The notes: generated from the letters alone by a model not told the origin. 64,000 bases of DNA from Octopus vulgaris (GCA_951406725.2 OX597835.1:8866001-8930000), one strand, 5' to 3'. Shown: positions 41,910 to 56,499, numbered from the stretch's first letter. Numbers and translations: made by a program.

Positions 41910-42929
41910 GTGTATGTGTGTGTGTATGTATGCTTGCGTGTGTGGCTGTACGCGTGCGTGCGTCTACTTGCATTTATACTTGCTTATAAATGCGCGTATT
42001 TTTAAGGGTGGAGTGTTTTTCATATCTTTTGGATGTCTCAATAGAACATTAAATTGATTTTCTTCTCTCAGTTTGAAGAGGCCTCACCAAAAATAAAATG
42101 AAATATAGTAACTAAATATTCTTTCTGAATACACAAACACACACACCACCGCATGCGCACACAAAGACACATAATCAGACGCACACGTAGACACATGCAA
42201 GCACGTCCACACCTCCACGAACGCATGCTCACAAATATAAAACAGTTACGAATAAGTAATATAAAATAATTTCAAGTAGCTTCTTGGAGGAAGATCGAAG
42301 AGACTGGTAATTATTGAACTAAAGTGATTATTTGACTTGCACCAGCTTTCATGGAAAGAAATGAAGTTGAAGAGAGAGGACGCATCGAACACACTGAGGA
42401 ACAAACAAATAAATCAACAAAAAAAAAATAAATATCAACAATGAAATAAAATATATCGACCACCACAGAAGCATAAAGAAGAAGAAAGGTCGGTTTGAAT
42501 GAATGCAGAAATGGATGATAGAAAGACTGAAAAGAGAAAACGAAAAATGAAGGAGGGAAAGAATTGAAGGAGTTTCGAAGAATTCTTTCGTTGGAGATTA
42601 ACGTTTTTTTTTGTTTTTTTTTTCACTTCTTCATTTATTGACAGATACTGGTTTACTTAAACTGTCGACTGAAATTTCTACATTCAATTCGTCGATTTTA
42701 ATGAGTGGGTATTCATTTGCCAATTATTTCCGTTTTACCTTCTCTTTCTGGTTCTTGTCTTTTTGCGTTCAAATTCCGCTGAAGACAACTTTCATTCACT
42801 TTCTCACCGATTCGATTTGAAAAATGACTAGACATATACTAATTCAATATTATCGACTAATTCTCTGCTATCAAAACTATTAGCCTTCTTGCTAAGTCAG
42901 ACGTGATAAATTCAAAGCGAAGCAAATCT

Positions 42930-43830
42930 CTTAGATGCATTTATTCTCATGGTGACGACGAGAAAGCAGCACCACGTTATTACTGGATTCACAACAATAT
43001 CCACTAGCAAAACCAGCCATTATATCAGGTGATTGAAACACAGGTTGTGAAAAAGGCTTCGTATCAATAAAATCTAAACGGAAACGAACGCCCGGGAATA
43101 CACATATTGAATCACCCTTCCCACAATTCTTCCGATATAGGCGCAGGAGTGGCTGTGTGGTAAGTAACTTGCTAACCAACCACATGGTTCCGGGTTCAGT
43201 TCCAGTGCGTGGCATCTTGGGCAAGTGTCTTCTGCTATAGCCCTGGGCCGACCAATGCCTTGTGAGTGGATTTGGTAGACGGAAACTGAAAGAAGCATGT
43301 CGTATATGTGTGTATATATATATGTGTGTATATGTGTGTGTTTGTGTGTCTGTGTTTGTCCCTCTAGCATTGCTTGACAACCGATGCTGGTGTGTTTATG
43401 TCCCCGTAACTTAGCGGATCGGCAAAAGAGAACTATAGAATAAGTACTGGGCTTACAAAGAATAAGTCCCGGGGTCCATTTGCTCGACCAAAGGCGGTGC
43501 TCCAGCGTGGCGGCAGTCAAATGACTGAAACAAGTAAAAGAGTAAAGAGTATAGTAGTGAATGTTTCTGACTTTTAAATCACAACTGCATTTACTAAGTT
43601 TCGCGAAATTACATTTTCTACTAAACATAATGAAGACGAATAATTATGGAATCTAGATTTCCAACATGGAGCATATGAACCTAAGTAATAATACCTAAAA
43701 TCCCCTGTTATGGCCTGATATTCATACACTAAATTCTTCCTTAAACACTGATCTTGTAAAGGACACGACATTTTCTTTTTGAGGTTACAGAGGCATTTAT
43801 TCATTGAGCGCTGCATACTCTGAGATCCTG
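42930..43830 (-). mobile_element. Penelope-like GIY-YIG endonuclease remnant interrupted by a SINE
   Basis: CLCNLKKKMSCPLQDQCLRKNLVYE...YYLGS...WKSRFHNYSSSL, LSKCSCDLK and, beyond the SINE, LLSRRHHENKC match CNC...CPL.G.CL..N.VY..YIG...FK.R..NH.SSF and SKCRH.NK. Confidence 0.75.
43140..43550 (+). mobile_element. SINE family C, full length, with internal TA/TG microsatellite
   Basis: tRNA-like head TGGCTGTGTGG...GGTTCAGTTCC, CORE-like TTGGGCAAGTG, tail AAGTAAAAGAGTAAAGAG; short TATAG flanks. Confidence 0.88.
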
Positions 43831-44480
43831 AATTCCATCCCTATTTCCTTGCTGCACATCTGCACCAGTCTCAACCAGCTTCTCTACTCCAGGATCTACT
43901 TTTGTGAACACTTTTAAATGATCTTTAAACAGGTGGTTGAAACCATCCCCGTTCGATTTTCATATATTGTCGAAAACGAAAAGTTTTCTGTATGAAAATG
44001 GTTCCATTCTCTGTGACACTGCTTTTCTCAATCCACGCCCTTCCTTCACTCAATTTATCTCTCTAAATCTCTCTCTTCTCCCGCTCACTCTACTCTCACC
44101 CCTTCATGTCTTCTTGCCCCTACTTGCACTCCTGCGTTTAATACGTTGTATTTCTCTTATCTCTCAGCGCTATCTATTACCCCACACACACTCTCACTCT
44201 CTGACTCCCTCTTACTTCCTCATCTTTGCCGCTTTTCCTCTCACTTCAACTATACTTACTCTGCTTCAGTCCATCCCCTCTCTCCCATTTTGCCACTCAC
44301 TTCAAGGATACCTCCTCTGCTTAACACCATTTATTTCTCTCTTTTTGTACCTCTCCTTTCAACCTTTTTACCTTTACCTTTGAAGTGTGACAAACACCAC
44401 AGTTACCTACCAAAACAAAAATACTTAGCGTATTATTATTACTATTATTATTATTATTATTATTATGATGATGATGATGA

Positions 44481-45690
44481 AAAACCACAGCATATTTTGC
44501 TGTGTATGATGGAAAGTGTCTGCTGTCCACAGCCAGCAGACGATGGTGACACTTGGTTACTGGTCATGCTTCAAGAACCCTGCGAAGAATTCTTGCAGTC
44601 CCAAGCAATGCTGGTTTTTTTAGGTGTTATACCTTCACACTTGCACCAATCATTTTCAGCCATGTTTGTAGCTAAGTGCTGATCCTTCCAAGCGAACCAA
44701 TCACTATTGGTATCGCTTCTTCTCTATTCATTGACCTCAAACACTGTACTTCCCACTTCAAATCGTCATAGTCCTTTATATTTCCTTCTTCCACATTAAT
44801 CCTGATGTCGCCGAGGCAAGCTATGTCGATTATCATGCTTGTTCTTTCTCTTCAATCATCACAACAATGTACGGTTTCCAATAATTGGTCGGGTGATCGC
44901 ACTGGACCATTGCATCACACAGGATTTTGCAAATTCCCTTTTTCGGGGAGTCCTTGTAGTGTTAGTTCATACCACGTCATTTCTCTTTGTAGGCCGTGAT
45001 TTCCGAACAGCTCCCAATGGATTTTATTTGCCACGTTGTCATGGTGTATTTTGCATTCGCATTGTGCCAGTTCGGGGCATTCGCTAATGATGTGCCATAA
45101 CGCTTCACCCCTCTCACCACACATTCTGCATCTGTCGCTATCGGCAGTGTTGCCCGTTCTGCACTTTATATAGTTAGTCCTTATTTCTTGTTCCTGAATG
45201 CTTCCGTCTCTATCTTCAGGTCATTCCTCCTCATCCATATCACTGATCTTCTATATCTGTCTTGACGTTCACATCTCTTCCAAATTAACCATACATTTTC
45301 TTTTCCTTCCATGCTTTTTCTTTTTTTCTATTGTTCATTTCTTGCTTAATTTTTTTTTCATTACACAATTTTTGGATGAGGCCGGCCTTCTCGTTTGTTT
45401 TAACAGTGGCTCCATGGCATATTTATAAACCATATTAAGCTGTTTTCCTCTACTTCGATACAGTCCTCGCAACTGACCATTCCCCTGCAACTCTTTCGTC
45501 TGGACAAGTACAGACTGTCGGTGTCACTCTTAGGGTAGAAGGCTCCGTGTACTGTCAACATTTTTCAGATCTCCGTATCCATTTTCTTCACTTTTCTCTT
45601 TTGCCATTTTATAATTCTCGCTCCATACGAAAGTGATGCGATCGTCCCCATATTAACAGCTTGGATTTTATTCCACCCACTGAAATATGG
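44481..45690 (-). mobile_element. R4/Dong-like LINE 3' fragment (end of RT, CCHC finger, RLE, 3'UTR) ending in (CAT)n/(TAA)n
   Basis: SGWNKIQAVN..SYGARIIKW; CRMCGERGEALWHIISECPELAQ...HDNVANKIHWEL; IDIACLGD; ALLGTARILRRVLEA*. Abuts the repeat at 44431-44480. Confidence 0.9.
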
Positions 45691-46074
45691 ACAGATGAAC
45701 GTATACATGTATATGTGTCTCTCTGGTGGCTGATGGCGTGATATATACAAATTTTCATATAGCAAATATGTGCACCTCGCATAATATTTCAATGACTGCT
45801 AACCAAATGTGTCGGCAGCTACGAATATGTCTCCAAATTCGGAATAACTCAAGCAACAATCGATTTATTTAATAAGCAGTGGGGTTTAGGTGTATATATT
45901 CCGGGAAATAGTCTCGTTTGAATAATCAAAAAGCTGTAAGATATTATTAAATATGTTCACACATCTGTATATAGACATGTGTTTGTGTGTATATACATAC
46001 GTATATAAGTATCTAATATACATATATACAATATATATAATATATTATATATGCATATGTAAGACTATGTGTTC

Positions 46075-46116
<42 letters not shown>

Positions 46117-46302
46117 CATATATTATATATATATATTTAATATATATCATATCACATATATGTGTATATATGTATAATTGCAAGCGTACATACTTTTATA
46201 GTTACAGACATACACACACTCACACATACATACATACATACATACATGCATACATACATACATACATACATGCATACATACATACATACATACATACATA
46301 CA

Positions 46303-46333
<31 letters not shown>

Positions 46334-46958
46334 TTGTGGTGTGTAGTAAGGAGATAGAATCAAAAATATCTATCGATAAATTATCGAAAATTGAAGCCGA
46401 ATATGAATAGTTGCTTTTCGAATTGTATAAATATTAATATCGCTAGAAATTACATATATATTGTGATAAACATGAATCCAGGCATCGCGAATTGGTTTTG
46501 CGTTCATGGTATATTATCAGGTTACTCACAAGTCGATTATACTTCTGTCCTATATATCTGCAGACGAAATCATAGTTACTGATTTCATATCACATAATTC
46601 GTTCCAAACTTTTTTTGTTACCAAAATAATGGATTATTGGTAATTCCATCAAGCGGGATGAAACCAACACAATTTTCTCTATACTTTCCGTACCAGCATG
46701 TTTTAATAGCCTCTCTTTTATTTCATTCGGTTTTCTCCTTTTCGTTTATAGAGTTTCGTGGCATAACCACGTTTATTTTTTGATAAGACGTACAAATAGC
46801 ATAAATGCATACAAGTTCCGATGCAGACTCCCATGTGCGTATTTTGTTTTCTTCCTTTCACTTTCTGTTTTTCTTATCCTATCGATCTCTTTCTTATAAG
46901 TGGGTAAACATATACGAAGAGATAGATAATTGGTTACATATACACACATATAAGAGCA

Positions 46959-47482
<524 letters not shown>

Positions 47483-47999
47483 TGCGTTCGTATGTATTAA
47501 TCTGTGCATGTGTGTATTTATGTTCGTATATCTTCATGAACAAAATATTTACTACTTCAGGAAGACGAGGATAGTGGACAGACTCGCATTACGACGGAGA
47601 AAAAAAAGCTAAAAAACATCTTCGCTTAGCAAATAATATTACAAGAATTGTTGAGAGAACTTCGTGGTGGCTGGATTGTTACTGACAACATTTAATAACT
47701 GAAAATGAAGAAGGTAACGTACCGTGTCGGATCGGGAAGTGTTGATTCAGTTTTTTCAGAAACTTCTCTTTAGACTTGGTTTTCTAACTCATAGTCATAT
47801 AAATGTTATTACACTTGTTTCTTTCTCAATATCAAATACGAAAGCAACTATGCTAGAAATACGGAAATTTTAACATAAAACGATCATGTCAGAACTGAAG
47901 TCGATTTATTGATTACAGCAATGGTCGCCCTATATTGCTCGACTTACGTTTATATTAGAACTTATTATTATTATTATTATTTCATATATGTACAAAATA

Positions 48000-48475
48000 T
48001 CAGACTGTTGGAAAAAGTTCCAGCCATCAAGTTATAACCCCTGTATACGAAAGATTGTTGATCGTTTTATCACAGCAGTTTTATTCACATCCGGTTCTGT
48101 TTCGCATAACAACTATAGGCATCACCGCCAGGTAGAAAAGGATTGGAGACAGTGAGTTTCCTTGGAATATCCCTCTTAGCAAAGATAAAATAGCAATAGC
48201 AGAAGAAGTGGAAGAATTTTGGAAAGAAATATGGTCGTCGAAGGAACATGCTGTGATCAAAACAACGATCACAGCATTTGAACAACTCTGGACCATTATA
48301 AAACCTGGAAAAACTAAGCAGCTGGAAGGCACCCTAGCACGACAAGATCCCCATCTTATGGTTAAAATATCTAACAGGAACATATAAAAAAACTGGCTGA
48401 GAAATGTAATAAAAAACTTACAGAGAAATACTAGCAGATCGAGAGAGAATGCCTGAATGGCTGACAAAAGATAAA
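48000..48475. mobile_element. Rearranged R4-like RT fossil: two fragments in opposite orientation
   Basis: Minus 48081-48190: RGIFQGNSLSPILFYLAVMP (RT motif QGDSLSP). Plus 48195-48470: EEVEEFWKEIWS, NWKAP, MPEWLT (region upstream of RT). Confidence 0.7.
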
Positions 48476-48990
48476 AATTGTTGAAAATAACTGATTGAAC
48501 TCAAACTTATAATAGCTTATAATTGTTTTTTTTTTCTACTATGTCTGTTGAACATTCTAACTCTCCCGCATATAAAATATTCGCCTTCTTGTAACTGCCT
48601 TGACGCAACTCCACTCCCCGTTGAACCTACACTCTGATGTTATTACAAGCTCTCAAAGCGTCGGTTCAGGAATTCCATGATCCCTGTCCAATGCCCCTGG
48701 ATAATGCCGGCAACCAGGAGCACAACACCCCAGCTATCTTGGAAGCTGAAGATTTTAAAGCTAAAATGATTGTACAGGTTTAAAATAATATCGAAACAAT
48801 TTTAGAATATTATATATTTTCTTTCATTAAATAATGGCAATTTTCTAAAGTGCTTAAATCAATACGCGCGCATATACGCAACACATAAAGATTCTAACCC
48901 ACACTCACATACAAACTCAACCGTACATATGCGTATACTTTCACACAAACAAATATGTGTGTGTAGCTAGATAGATAGACAGATAGATAG

Positions 48991-49045
<55 letters not shown>

Positions 49046-51012
49046 GATAGATAGATAGATAGAAACATAGATAAATGCATACATAGAAACAAACAAACAT
49101 ACATACATACTTACGTGCATGCATTCATGTATACGTATATACACACATAAATATGTATGACTTATGGCACTGATCTGGGAAATAAATATGTCTGCGTTCT
49201 TATTAATTCAGAGTTATAAATAGCTAAAATCGAATTATGTGAAATATTCATTCTATAGACAATTCCATTATTAAATGGCAACCTGTGCACTGTCTTAGTG
49301 ACTCTGGCATCACTTTTATTGCAAGTATGAGAAATGTTCTAAATATTTCGTATTTTCTTGGCTTATCTTTATTTTATTTATTTATTTATTTATTTTTGTC
49401 TAAATATTCAAATCGTTTTTTACTTTTTGAAATATTTCTACAGTTTTTGTCAGTGATTCAGACATTTTATAAAAGCCATCACTGGTCCTAAACCACTATT
49501 TAAGTATATTGTTCATTGATAATATCAAAATAATGCCGAAACATATTCCATCAAGGAGTTGGGGATTCTTGTATTAAATACGTTTAAATAGTTGCTAAAC
49601 AATCGGATTATGATATTTGATGTGTTTGAGAAACGACTGTGTTCATTATCAACTGTCCGAAACAAGCTAGACAAGTGATCGTATATAAACCACGGAATTT
49701 GAAGAAATGAATCTTTTCTGTTGAGAATTATCGGAAATACATGAATTTGATGTGTTTTGATTATATATTTCTCCCTTAAACTGATTGGATTATTTCCTTA
49801 GAATTTATCTGATGGCGTTTTCAGCCGTTAATGGTAAGCTAATCAAAAGTTTTTCAATATAGAAAGGGAGTGACACAGAGGAAGAGAGACTGAAAGACAG
49901 ACAAAGCTATGAAGAAAGAAATAGAGAAAGAGTTAAATGTAATTACACGACTTACTTAATCTTGCATCCATCATTCCTTATATAAATAGTTAAAATCTTA
50001 TTTAGCAGCATATCCATTATGCAACAAATAGTTTCAATTGAAATGCTGGCCGTCTGTCATCTGATATGGGTCTTTCAGTAATTGGTCAATAGATTATTCT
50101 CTGAGATAAAACTCTGTTTAATTTGGTCTTACTGTGCAAGAATACATGGGCCTGCTAAAATTTCAGTTCCCTACTTTATAATCCCACAACAATGAAACAA
50201 ATATCTATTAAGTTGATTAATTGATTCAAGTGAAAGATTTCAGAAGAGACTGAGCGTCACCCACTCGGCATTTGAAACTTAAACATGAGACTTAATCACT
50301 CAACATTCTGATTACATCTTCTGTGACTACATCCCCAGTGTATATTGAAATTGAAAGAAAATTGCATCTAAAAACAAATATCGTTGGTTATCAAATCAAA
50401 CTTCCGTGTTATATTCGAAAGTTCTGTATTATATAGGCTTAAAATATTCCATTCCTTTGCGTATTGTAGGTAATACAGAGTGGAACTGAGTGGATATATC
50501 ATTAAAAAAAAACGAGCACAATTGAGAGCAGTTGCGCTTCGTAACATGTGATATCCTTGATCACGCTTTCCACAGAATTCAGTGTAGTATTTTATAAGCC
50601 TATAGCATTTATTGTGTATTTCGATAATATGATAATATTTATACCGTTTGAATGCGATGACTTAGAGTTTCCAGACTGCTGCCCTAACGCATCCACTGAA
50701 CATCGGAGAAATGTACAGGATAATTTCAGCCAAGCTAATGTTATATGAATTATATCCCATTTTAATGATGTTGCTTGGTGATGTATATATATATTCAAAA
50801 ATTGCAATAGTTTAGGACAGTTATAAGTGCTTTCCCCAAAACTTTCTAGTATGCCTCTCCTATATATATATATAGGACCTCGAACCCACAAGTGTAAACA
50901 AGAGACAGAGAAAGGCAGAAACAAGGAAAATGCCACTTATATTTGAACACTATACAAATATTCTTTAAAAAAAACTTTTCTTTTAATTTTTCTAAATTTA
51001 ATTATTTAATCG

Positions 51013-51055
51013 TTACAGTTGAAAAGGTCTCAAATGACTGAAACCGGTACTGAAA
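51013..51055 (+). ncRNA. Decayed minimal hammerhead-like motif
   Basis: CAG-UUGAAAA-GGUC-UCAAAU-GACU-GAAAC-CG-GUA-CUG. Stems and GUA site present, CUGANGA core mutated. Confidence 0.4.
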
Positions 51056-51100
51056 TGTTCATTATAAAATTATTTTAGCATTTTCTATCTTGACTTGTTT

Positions 51101-51175
<75 letters not shown>

Positions 51176-51190
51176 TATGTATATCTATAT

Positions 51191-51238
<48 letters not shown>

Positions 51239-51328
51239 ATATATACACATATATATATTTACATATATATATATGTATGTATGTATGTATATATAATTAT
51301 GTGTGTATGCATAATAAAGTATTAGGAA

Positions 51329-51871
51329 ATTATCTTTGTAGTTGTTCGGCAAGAAATTGCTGAAAACTTATACGTCGCCTAAAGACAGGAGAGCCCATGT
51401 TGGTATTTATATATATATATGTGTGTGTGTGTGTGTATGTTTGAGCAGAATTTAGGATAGTTGATATGTTTGTCACATATCGCAATTACTAAAAGGCAAA
51501 TAGACTGCAGTTACGATGGAGAATAAATCTCTCTTGTGGTAAAAAGGTGTGAAAACAACCAATTCGTTCAGCGTCGCTATCTTTTAGGAATCCCAGAGAT
51601 CGATGTTTCAGATTTTTTAACTCTCGTCAATGACTTGTACCTAAGAGAGATAACTCTGAATGATTTTTTCCTCCACGGTCACTGCAGAGAATTTACCTTT
51701 TAGCAGTTGAAATATTTGACAAACGTTTCAACTAGCCGAAATTCTGCTCAAACGCACGCACACACACACACACACACACATGTATATGTATAAATATCAA
51801 CATGGACTCTCCCGTCCTTAGGCGACGTATGAGGATTTAGCAATTTCTTGCCCAACAACTACAACGATAAT
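51329..51871. mobile_element. Foldback / MITE-like element with ~200-bp imperfect inverted arms
   Basis: 51341-51408 is the inverse of 51792-51859 and 51439-51529 the inverse of 51662-51752; TA/TG tracts mirrored in both arms. Confidence 0.88.
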
Positions 51872-51889
51872 ATGTTTATAGTGATCAAA

Positions 51890-52082
51890 TGTGTGTGTTC
51901 ACATAAGACCACTCCCTCCATCAAACCGCCATAATTTTTGCAGGTGCACCTTGTGCCACATGTCAGAGGACGAAATGATCTCAGCGTGACATGATGCGCT
52001 TTGCTCGAAAACACAATGCAACGCCCGGTCTGGGAATGGAACCCACGATTTCCCAATCGTAAGTAGAACAGCCTAAACACTA
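51890..52082 (-). mobile_element. Diverged tRNA-headed SINE (A/E-like head)
   Basis: Reverse complement contains CGTGGGTTCCATTCCCAGACCGGGCGTTGCATTGTGTTTTCGAGCAAAGC. Confidence 0.6.
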
Positions 52083-53012
52083 AGATATATGTAGATAGAA
52101 AGAGAGAGAGATAGAGAAAGAGAGAGTGACACACACATATATTTTCATAACAATATAGTAAAGAAATATAAATGATATTAAAGAAGAAAGTATAATTTCA
52201 TATAATATTGGAATGTGAAACGGTTTGGAGACCTACTATTGTTAAAACATCTACTTGCTGAGTTGCACCTGTTGAGACAATTTTCTCACGTTTTTTATGC
52301 CCTTATAAATATAGTGAAAATTATCTCCACATAAGCTTGGTAAAACATCATTCATTGTATATGTTAGTACATTTATTTCCTATAATTAATATCAAAGAAT
52401 ATAAGTTTAGGATTAATCTTAAAATGTATTAAATTTTCTTATTATACAATTATGTGATATATGTTTAAAACGTAGGTTATAAATTGGATAAATCACATTT
52501 AGTTTTTTCTAAATATTGCTAACTCGAATAAAAGTTTCAATAAAAGTGAGATATCGCCTCTTTTAAGTAGAAGTTCCTTGCAAAGCTGTCGTGAGTAAAA
52601 CCAATGTTAATGTAGACCATATGCCATAAACATTTGAATACACACAATTATCACCTGCAACAGACACAAAAGAGACTCGATAAGTTAGGACGCCAAATGT
52701 GGAATATATGAATTATAAATGTATTTTTAGAGTAGTCTCAGCATTCGCATTTGCTTCTACTAGTTCTAATTGGCTGCAGAGAATAAAATGTAGAATATCT
52801 TATTCTTACAAGAATGGTAGCAGCAGAAATAAATGCAGCCGTTCGCAGAGTCAAGGATGCATTAGAAAGAATCTCTGGCTTTTTATGGGACCAGAGGGAG
52901 GAATTAACGAGGACGTTGGGTATTGATTCTTGCCAGCATCCTTAATCTTCCAGTTTTACCATGCCCACCCACACAATCACATACATCGCACACACTCAAA
53001 TACACACACATG

Positions 53013-53098
<86 letters not shown>

Positions 53099-53099
53099 A

Positions 53100-53137
<38 letters not shown>

Positions 53138-53212
53138 GGACAGGTAGATATACATATCTGTGTTTATTTTTCTATGTGTATATATATATCTATATCTATA
53201 TCTGTATATCTG

Positions 53213-53265
<53 letters not shown>

Positions 53266-54429
53266 ATATATATATATATATGTTTATGTATATATGTATA
53301 GCTATGTCCATATGTAGGAGATCTGTATGTGAGCGTGTATGTGTGTGTGTGTGTGTGCGTGTGTGTGTGCGTGTGTGTTTGCAAGTATACATGTACGTAA
53401 TATTGCTCCATGTACGATTGAAAAAAAGACCGGCACAATCTGGCCTCAATGCATGAAATAATCGATACATCTGGCGGCCCTCTGCTTTTAGAATGCGTAT
53501 GGAAAGCGCATTAGAATGCTGCTAATTTTGTAGCATTTTGAAAAAAAAATCGTTGAAGAATATGCTATTATTCTGTTGTAGTGTAGCCGATACGGTATTG
53601 AAAATATGTCGAACGTCTCTTACCGCTTCAGTTTCTTGCATATTACATTGTGGGATTGATGACACGGCTAATGTCTCGGGCATCACTATAAAAATAAATT
53701 GAAGAATAACTGAGTATGTTTACTTCTTGTGATAATATTTTAGGCTAAAATATTTGATTATTAGATGTTATATTAAAGGTTGTGTCATACACGTTCGTAC
53801 GTATATAAATTCTGTTTAATATTTCACCAAACATATGCAACTATTTCTATATTCCTGATTACATATTCTGTAATGATGCAAGCAAATAGAGAAACTTTAC
53901 TCTCTTTACACTGAGATGGAGCTAAATTTACATCCGCTACTGAACTATTTGTAGCTATCTGAAATACGTACGAATTTTGGCTGTCGGATCAAATTTATTT
54001 ATCGATGCTTGAAAAGTGGTGTCATCTCTAACACAGCTCTCTAAATCGATAAGTAACCATCGCACATGTAAACGTTTTCGAGTGGTTTGGTTTGAACTTC
54101 GCCTCACATTTATAGATTAACATCTGCATGGAAACTCTGTACGGATGCTGCATAGCAATTCACCGAAACATCGAAACATTTTCACAATTTCTCTATTTGA
54201 AGTTATTTCAGAGAAATGTAGTTGAGAGACATCCACTGCTATGAACATGATAGGTACGAAAATGACATCTACCAGGAAATGAAACAGACGTTTCTTTGGA
54301 TAATCATTACGTTGACTGTTACTTAGATTAAAGTTGGTGGCAACTATGGCAGACAAGTCTTGCCCGAAAATCTCATCGACATTTTGAAGCATATTATTAT
54401 AATTGCCCCCAACCTATCAGCTTGTTGGC

Positions 54430-54461
<32 letters not shown>

Positions 54462-54478
54462 GAAGAAGAAGAAGAAGA

Positions 54479-54551
<73 letters not shown>

Positions 54552-54556
54552 TAATA

Positions 54557-54587
<31 letters not shown>

Positions 54588-54631
54588 TTATTATTATTAT
54601 TATTATTATTATAATTTCTATTATTATTGTA

Positions 54632-54685
<54 letters not shown>
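54430..54685. repeat. (AAT)n switching to (TAT)n: inverted microsatellite junction near 54588
   Basis: Direct reading. Confidence 0.95.
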
Positions 54686-55240
54686 GAGTGAGCGAGCAGA
54701 GCATGCCATCAAAGTGACACTGGGGTAAAATATACGAAGCCCAGTATACCCATCATGACTACCCGTCTGATAAGGGTACACCAGGCACATGCATCACAAC
54801 CATATGTGCGCGACATGGTGATCTCATATCAAGATAAACAGCACATGACCTTGCAGGTGGAGCCCAATTAGAATTTTCTTCAGATCGAGTAACCCATCCC
54901 GCTCAAAAGGTCCCTGAATAAGGGTTGTTTAAAGGACGTTGAACGAAACACCCATGTTTCCAGAGGTGAATTATTCAAACCCCAAAGAATCCTTCTCAAC
55001 ACATGGCTATGATGCTCCCCCACTACTTCTGCTCGTGATCAGAGATGCACATATCGTCAGCCACTAAGGGACATGCTCAGCTGGTTAAGGTCAAACAACT
55101 GACAAGCAAAACTGTGGTATTGAGCAGAATATTTGCTGTAGCCCATCTTTTATACCAAGAGAAAACAATGTACATGATAACACTTCCAATCAGTTAAGAT
55201 CAGAAGCCATGAGAGCCACTGTCTGGTACTGCATCAGGGC

Positions 55241-55243
<3 letters not shown>
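54686..55243 (-). mobile_element. ~558-bp non-coding interspersed element inside a (TAA)n array; candidate non-autonomous R4/Dong partner
   Basis: TAA repeats on both sides, two further copies in the window, no TIRs or informative ORF, 3' stem-loop similar to R4-like 3'UTRs. Strand is inferred. Confidence 0.8.
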
Positions 55244-55313
<70 letters not shown>

Positions 55314-55316
<3 letters not shown>

Positions 55317-56412
55317 TAGTTTTATTTTTATAGCGTGCTTTCACTTCACTACCGAGCGCAGCTCTTTGTGCCTTAGGTATGTGCTGTGATTTGTTGTGAT
55401 GCTCTGATGGTTATTGTATGGAAAGTGTTCTGCGTAGCATGTGTGCAGTGCCTAGTAGTGCAACTTTCTGTATGTTATATGTGTTTGTAAGTCCTGGTGT
55501 TTTTGTTATGTATTTGTCTGAATATTTTTTTATCATGCCTAATGCACCTACTATGATAGGAATTGTTTCTGTTTTTAGATTCCACATTTTAGTTACCTCT
55601 ACTTCCAGGTCTTTGTATTTTGAAAGTTTCTCCATTTCTTTTAGAGACACGTTGTCATCTGCCGGTATTGATACATCAATTAGAAAGCATTTCTTTTCTT
55701 CATGATCTCTGACAACTATATCTGGTCTGTTGGCCTTAATTTCTCTATCTGTGTGTATCGGCATATCTCAGAGTATGGTTGCTTACTCGTTTTCTGTGAC
55801 CTTTTCTGGTGTGTGCCTATACCAACTTTTTTCTGTTGTTATTCCATAATGTTGGCATAGCTTCCAGTGTATGTAGGTTCCAACACTGTAATATCTGTGA
55901 ATATATTTCTTCTTAGCCAGGACTGGGCAGCCAGAGATAATATGATTTATTGTTTCTTATCCATCTCCACATATTCTGCAGTTACTTGTTATATTTCATT
56001 ACATTTTCATTATTTCTGGTGGGGAGGCTTTGTCTTTTTGTTAATCCCTCTGTTCTGCTTTGAGTCCTGAGCTTCTCAACCATTGCTGGGATTTTTCTTT
56101 GTCTATTTCTTTTGCGTTTAGTTTAGTCCAGTATTTACCATGAAGGGGCTTTTCTTGCCATCGTTTTATCATGGTTCGTTGCTGTTCTATTTTTAGTTTG
56201 GATTTCATTTGTTTTATAGCTTTTGTTGTTTCTTCTTCTTCTTCTTCTTCTTCTTCTTCTTCTTCTTCTTCTTCTTCTTCTTCTTCTTCTTCTTCTTCTT
56301 CTTCTTCTTCATGTTTATTAGGTGGTATGATTTCTTGTTTGTATTTGTCAGCTTCCTTAAATACTGAGAACAGTTTTTTGATTTGCTCGTGTTTTGCCGC
56401 TATCTGGATCAG

Positions 56413-56413
<1 letters not shown>
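55314..56413 (-). mobile_element. 5'-truncated R4/Dong-like LINE inserted in (TAA)n
   Basis: ORF 55411-55764 (IHTDREIKANRPDIVV...FLIDVSIPAD...EKLSKYKDL..E...PIIVGALG...ALLGTAHMLRRTL) is an RLE domain; upstream WQEKPLHGKY...SQQWLRSSGLKAE. TAA arrays at both ends; internal (GAA)n expansion. Confidence 0.93.
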
Positions 56414-56499
<86 letters not shown>

